Origin: Pseudomonadota bacterium
GTDB lineage: Bacteria > Pseudomonadota > Gammaproteobacteria > JAKAQQ01
Assembly (NCBI GenBank): GCA_027320085.1
Contig: DAHVLZ010000023.1
Span: forward strand, 1-32,688
Length of the DNA: 32,688 nt
Direction of reading: 5' to 3'
Under the pieces are notes generated by a model. That model worked only from the letters and a program-made list of their open reading frames with translations, was not told where the DNA came from and did not search any database. Shown in pieces: positions 28,217 to 32,688 of the stretch. Each line of letters starts with the position of its first letter. The first letter of the stretch is position 1. Made by a program: the position numbers and the translations under genes.

Positions 28217-30450
28217 TGCTCACCATAGCCCAGGATGTCGTTTTCGAGGAAGGTGTCGAGCGGCCGGCCCAGGCTGCCCAACCCCTTGAACGACAGTTGG
28301 AAGTAAATACCCGAATTGGGTTGTCCCACACTGCCGATTGTGGTTCCCGGCGTCACAAAACGCCGGGCGATCAGCCGGAAGATCCAGCAACAGGTATCGT
28401 ACTGGATTCCGGCGAAGGTTTCGAGTGTGGCGTGGTCCAGCGCCGAGTAGTCCCAGCTGCCGACCACGCTCAGTTGGCGGGTAATGGGCCAAACCATCGA
28501 GATTTCCGTCTGGTTCAGGAAATTCCGGTCATAGCGGTAACCGAGGTCGACGACCTGTCCCCCCGAGGCCCGGTACTCGAGTTCGACGGTGGCCTGGTTC
28601 CACTGCTTGAGATAGGGGTCCCACTCGAGGCCGGCTTCACTAAACCAGTGATGATCAAAAGTGATGGACCCTGCGCCCACATAATTGGACCGGGCCTGGG
28701 TGATCGGAGACTGGCCGGGCAGGGTCACCTGCTCATTTGCGAAATAGAAGATCTCGCCTAGGGTGAAGGACGCGAGCTGGGTGCCGGTTTGACTGTTCAG
28801 GATATCCGAGGTGACCGCGGCCGTGAGCTGATTGGCATCTCCCAGCCGGTCGATGCCGAGATACCGGTTCGTTGCAAAAAGTTCCTCGGTGCTGAAGGGT
28901 GGCAGGGTCGTGTCAAAAACCGGGAAATCACTCTGGTTCCGGTAGGGGATATAGAGGTAAAAGAGTTCCGGCTCAATAATCTGGAGCAGTCTCCCACCTG
29001 CCCATGTCCGCGAGAAATGCAGCCGGCCGCGCAGGCTGGCGATGGGCGCAAAGCGGTTGAGGCTCGTGGAACCGCCGGTTACGACGGGTGCGCTCAAAAG
29101 GTAATGGGTTTCACTGAGACCGATGCGTGGGGTCAGAGATGCCGTGGAATTGCCCAGGGTATAGCTCAGGCGCGGTTCAAGGTCGAGCCGGTCCCCGGTC
29201 AGTTCGGTGGTGCTGGTGCTCATGTAGCGGACGAACTGGGCGCGCCAGTGGAAGTCCAGGCGGGTCTGGTCAGCGAGCCAGCGTCCATCGAACAGCAGGT
29301 CCGGCAGGCTGGCATAGGGGCGGTCGGCTTCCGGGATGGTGGGATCGACCGTCTGGATGTCCTGAACGAGGCTTTCGATGTGCCAGTTCGGCTCAGCGTA
29401 GGTCAAGGCGAGGGTCCGGTATTCGTAGGGTTGTGCGGCTTCGACCAGGCTGGTCCCGAAATCCTGGAAGTAGCTTGGATCACTCACGTAGTTGATGTTG
29501 GTGGACAGGTTCCAGTGGGAATTGAACTGGGTCGTGTCGAGGTAGCTGAACTGGGCGCGACGGCTGTTCGTGACCCGGTCGTGAGGCAGATAATGGCCCA
29601 CGACCTCGCCGTGGCTCGTCGCCGTCAGGTAGCGGAAGTCGAGGCCGGTCATGAGGCCACGGTGGCTCAAAAACCTCGGGGTCAGGGTGAGGTCCATATT
29701 GGGGGCAATATTCCAGTAGTAGGGGACTGAGAGATCGAGTCCGTTCAGGCTGTTGTCGCCGATCGTGGGAGCCAGCAGGCCGGATTTCCGCTGGCTGGTC
29801 AGGGGAAAACTGAGATAGGGGGTCCAGAAGATCGGAATCCCGTAAAAGTTGAGCCAGACATCGTGGGCGACCCCGACGTCTTCGGGGGGATACAGCGTGG
29901 CCGATCCGGCATGCAGTGCCCACTCGGCCTGACCGATCGGGCAGGTGGTGTAACGGACACTCTGCAGACGGGCTTTCCGGTTCCCGTCAACGACGATCCG
30001 GCTCGCCGATCCATGTCCGTGACGTTCGGGGATTTCGTAGCGCGTGTCATAGAAAAGACCCTGTTCGGTCGTGAAATTATAGGTTCCATGGCTGCCCAGG
30101 AGGTCGAAGCCGGGTTCCGCGAACCGCAGGTTGCCACTGCCGGAGACGATGTTCTGGGCCCGGTCGTAGCGGGCCTCGTCGACCCAGAGACGCCTTTCCC
30201 CCTGGGTCAGGGTCACATTGCCGAAGAGGTGGGAAACACCCTTCCGGACCAGCTGGGCCCGCTGGGAATGTGCGATGACCACTCCGTGAACCGGATGACG
30301 GGGGAGGGCGGCGGATGGCAGCGGAGGGCAGTTGCGGAAGAGGTAGAGCGGGCGGGCCAGCCCTGGTCCCGCGAGACCCGCCAGGAAGAGAATGGCCCAG
30401 AACCGTCGGGTTGGAATTCTCACGGGGGCCGCAAGGCCGGTCCGCGGCAT
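28213..30450 (-). CDS. lptD: LPS assembly protein LptD
   Basis: Conserved cysteines 'NCPP', 'YTTCP', 'DTCCW'; 'RKSGLLAP', 'PYYWNIAPN.D.T', 'NRY.G.DR..DANQ', C-terminal 'FKGLG'. Confidence 0.96.
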   Translation of the reverse strand: MPRTGLAAPVRIPTRRFWAILFLAGLAGPGLARPLYLFRNCPPLPSAALPRHPVHGVVIAHSQRAQLVRKGVSHLFGNVTLTQGERRLWVDEARYDRAQNIVSGSGNLRFAEPGFDLLGSHGTYNFTTEQGLFYDTRYEIPERHGHGSASRIVVDGNRKARLQSVRYTTCPIGQAEWALHAGSATLYPPEDVGVAHDVWLNFYGIPIFWTPYLSFPLTSQRKSGLLAPTIGDNSLNGLDLSVPYYWNIAPNMDLTLTPRFLSHRGLMTGLDFRYLTATSHGEVVGHYLPHDRVTNSRRAQFSYLDTTQFNSHWNLSTNINYVSDPSYFQDFGTSLVEAAQPYEYRTLALTYAEPNWHIESLVQDIQTVDPTIPEADRPYASLPDLLFDGRWLADQTRLDFHWRAQFVRYMSTSTTELTGDRLDLEPRLSYTLGNSTASLTPRIGLSETHYLLSAPVVTGGSTSLNRFAPIASLRGRLHFSRTWAGGRLLQIIEPELFYLYIPYRNQSDFPVFDTTLPPFSTEELFATNRYLGIDRLGDANQLTAAVTSDILNSQTGTQLASFTLGEIFYFANEQVTLPGQSPITQARSNYVGAGSITFDHHWFSEAGLEWDPYLKQWNQATVELEYRASGGQVVDLGYRYDRNFLNQTEISMVWPITRQLSVVGSWDYSALDHATLETFAGIQYDTCCWIFRLIARRFVTPGTTIGSVGQPNSGIYFQLSFKGLGSLGRPLDTFLENDILGYGEQ

Positions 30451-30517
30451 GGTTCGCAGGCCGGCGGAGCTGCTGTTTCCGCTATCATGGGCAGCCGCCG
30501 GCAGATGAGGAGCACGG

Positions 30518-31504
30518 TTGAATCGTCAGGACAGAATGAGACAATGGATCACCGATGCCATCGGGGCTTTTGCGGAACTCCGGCCCGCATCCCAGGATGC
30601 TTCGTTTCGCCGCTATTTCCGCATTATATATCCGGATCGAAGTCTGATCGTCATGGACGCCCCGCCGGATCGGGAGCCGCTCGGGCCCTGGCTTGAGGTG
30701 CGCGAACTCCTCGAGGCGGCTGATATCCACGTTCCCGCCCTGATCGAGATGACGCGAGAAGAAGGCTTTGTCGTGATGGAAGACCTGGGTTCGGTCACTT
30801 ACGAAATTGCCCGTCAGCAAGGTGTTGCCCCCGGGCGGCTGTTTGCTGAGGCGTGGTCAACCTTGGTGCGTCTCGCCGCTGTGCGTCCGCCCAGCGTCTG
30901 GCCGCACTATGACGCACAACGCCTCGAACAGGAAATGGACCTGTTCTGGACCTGGCTGGTCGGGCGTCACCTGGATCTTGATGCACCGAGCCTGCGTGGT
31001 CGCTTTGCCGGCATCCACCGGGTCTTGATTGATCGCGCGTTGGGACAGGGACAAGTCTGGGTCCACCGGGACTACCACTCGCGAAACCTGCTCTTTTTGC
31101 CCGAACGCTCCCCAGGCGTGATTGATTTCCAGGACGCTCTGGTCGGGCCCGCGAGTTACGACGCGGTTTCGCTCCTGCGGGACTGTTACATTGAATGGCC
31201 CGATTCCGCGGTCCTCGACTGGTTGAGGGACTACCATGGCCAAGCCCGTTCTGCCGGCCTGCCGCTTCCTGGCTGGCCCGACTGGCGGGTCGATTTCGAC
31301 TGGATGGGAATCCAGCGCCACCTCAAGGCCGCAGGGATCTTTGCCCGTCTGTGGCATCGCGATGGAAAGCCGGGCTATCTCGCGGATATCCCCCGGACCC
31401 TGGCTTATGTGGTCCGGGTTTGCTCCTCTTATTCTTTGTTGGCCCCCTTCGGGGTCTGGATCGAGGGCGAAATCTTGCCTGCGCTGCCCCCCCCAAAACC
31501 ATGA
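30518..31504 (+). CDS. amgK: N-acetylmuramate/N-acetylglucosamine kinase
   Basis: 'DASFRRYFR', 'MDAPP', 'HRDYHSRNL', 'IDFQDA', 'QRHLKAAGIFARL..RDGK..Y'; divergent from lptD and coupled to murU; TTG start after GAGGAG. Confidence 0.9.
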   Translation: MNRQDRMRQWITDAIGAFAELRPASQDASFRRYFRIIYPDRSLIVMDAPPDREPLGPWLEVRELLEAADIHVPALIEMTREEGFVVMEDLGSVTYEIARQQGVAPGRLFAEAWSTLVRLAAVRPPSVWPHYDAQRLEQEMDLFWTWLVGRHLDLDAPSLRGRFAGIHRVLIDRALGQGQVWVHRDYHSRNLLFLPERSPGVIDFQDALVGPASYDAVSLLRDCYIEWPDSAVLDWLRDYHGQARSAGLPLPGWPDWRVDFDWMGIQRHLKAAGIFARLWHRDGKPGYLADIPRTLAYVVRVCSSYSLLAPFGVWIEGEILPALPPPKP

Positions 31505-32208
31505 AGGCTCTCCTGCTCGCGGCTGGCCGCGGGATGCGTTTGCGTCCCTGGACTGACCGGATTCCCAAACCGCTCCTCAAGGTCGGCGGGCAGCCTCTGA
31601 TTGTGCATCAAATCCGGGCTCTTGCTGCAGCCGGTTTCCGGGACCTGGTCGTCAATCTGTCGTACCGGGGGGATCAGATCCGGTCGGCCCTCGGGAATGG
31701 AGAAGACTGGGGAGTTCAGATCCACTATTCAGAGGAAGGTCCCGAACCCCTTGGAACTGCTGGAGGAATCCGGCGGGCATTGCCGTGGCTTGGTTCCACT
31801 TCCTTCCTGGTGGTCAATGCCGATCTCATGACCGATTTTCCCTATGCGACGCTTCTCGACCTCGAGCCGGATGAAAAAGCGCGTATCGTCCTGGTCCCGA
31901 ATCCCCGACACCATCCAGAGGGTGACTTCACCCTGACCCAGGGACGTGTCGGTATTGGGAATGGGCCCCGCCTGACCTTCGCCGGAATCGGCTGCTACCG
32001 GGCTGTGCTCTTTGAATCCATGGAAGCGGACCGATCCCTTCCGCTGGGTCCCGGGTTGCGGCAGTGGGCTCTGCAAGGCGCACTGGGCGGGCGATTCTAT
32101 GACGGCCTCTGGTGGGATATGGGCACTCCCGGTGCCTGGAGGGATGCCGGATTTCCACTGAGTGGCGCTCCCCGGGACGAACCGTCGGATCGTTCAGATT
32201 CCGAGTAA
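31501..32208 (+). CDS. murU: N-acetylmuramate alpha-1-phosphate uridylyltransferase
   Basis: 'MKALLLAAGRGMRLRP.TD.IPKPLL', 'LGTAGGI..AL', 'VPNP.HHP.GDF', 'W.DMGTP'; ATG 31501 overlaps the amgK stop (ATGA). Confidence 0.9.
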   Translation: MKALLLAAGRGMRLRPWTDRIPKPLLKVGGQPLIVHQIRALAAAGFRDLVVNLSYRGDQIRSALGNGEDWGVQIHYSEEGPEPLGTAGGIRRALPWLGSTSFLVVNADLMTDFPYATLLDLEPDEKARIVLVPNPRHHPEGDFTLTQGRVGIGNGPRLTFAGIGCYRAVLFESMEADRSLPLGPGLRQWALQGALGGRFYDGLWWDMGTPGAWRDAGFPLSGAPRDEPSDRSDSE

Positions 32209-32465
32209 GACAAATTCTCGATCAGTCAGGTTCAGCATGCCCATGCAGTGAGCCGCGGCTTTTGGACATGACCGGAGCGCCTGGGGTCATTGAGCATGGC
32301 TAGTGTAGTATCCCCGAAATAACTTTACAGATCACGTCATTTACCCTTCGGGAGGGTTGATCCGGGTTTGAGCTGCTCCATTTTAGCCCGAAGTTGCCAC
32401 CTGTTCCAAAGAGATTTCCCATGTCATTCGGGTCTTTTCTGGGGGATCAGGCGGTAACAATCTGA

Positions 32466-32502
32466 TTCCGCAATGTTCCGCGCCCACCCGCACGTTTCCG
32501 CA
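32466..32502. repeat. four phased direct repeats of (TT)CCGC(A) at exact 10-bp period
   Basis: CCGC starts at 32468, 32478, 32488 and 32498 (TTCCGCAATG TTCCGCGCCC ACCCGCACGT TTCCGCA). Confidence 0.6.
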
Positions 32503-32688
32503 ACTGCGTTACAGACGCGGTTTGAAACCAGTGGCGACTACACCGAAAACCCGCAGGAACCCTCACCAGCCCGCACGGCCTGATGTCAGGCCATTGATTT
32601 TCAACAAAACGCCCGATCGGTCCGCGCTTGCGGACTGCGGACTTTCGTTGCGCTGGAAATTTGCATCGCCCGGGCCATCCCGAGTGCC

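Noticed and set aside
31195-31500. 102-aa N-terminal extension of murU
   Set aside because: It overlaps amgK out of frame; the canonical MKA start at 31501 forms an ATGA junction.
32209-32688. tRNA, known ncRNA or CRISPR array in the terminal non-coding region
   Set aside because: No cloverleaf, no recognisable riboswitch consensus and no repeat-spacer structure; the repeats are only 4-7 bp.

Overview
A GC-rich bacterial chromosomal window, probably gammaproteobacterial (inferred from the lptD-surA-pdxA-rsmA..apaH block with divergent amgK-murU). It has three parts. (1) 139-14079: a tripartite export operon on the minus strand (adaptor, TolC, one ABC ATPase, three ~810-820 aa duplicated MacB/FtsX-type permeases). 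A sigma54 promoter with an IHF-like site and two palindromic enhancers can be read upstream of it, and an NtrC-family regulator and histidine kinase lie divergently. (2) 14130-21677: an accessory stretch with an internally deleted, frameshifted merA remnant and an intact three-cysteine MerR-family regulator. Two 20-bp-spacer MerR-type promoters flank the regulator; the second precedes an unrecognised operon (SAM methyltransferase, exported CxxC thioredoxin-fold protein, MerF-like double-CC membrane protein, Met-rich peptidoglycan-binding protein). A Phd-PIN toxin-antitoxin pair and a PAS-GGDEF-EAL gene with a structured leader follow. (3) 21926-32208: core genes ogt, apaH, nfeD-qmcA (in the usual apaG position), rsmA, pdxA, surA (apparent lipoprotein with a Pro-rich tether), lptD, amgK and murU, then a non-coding tail with 10-bp phased repeats. 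The best candidate for an undescribed system is the MerR-controlled four-gene operon at 15441-17746. All calls are by-eye motif recognition; no searches were run.
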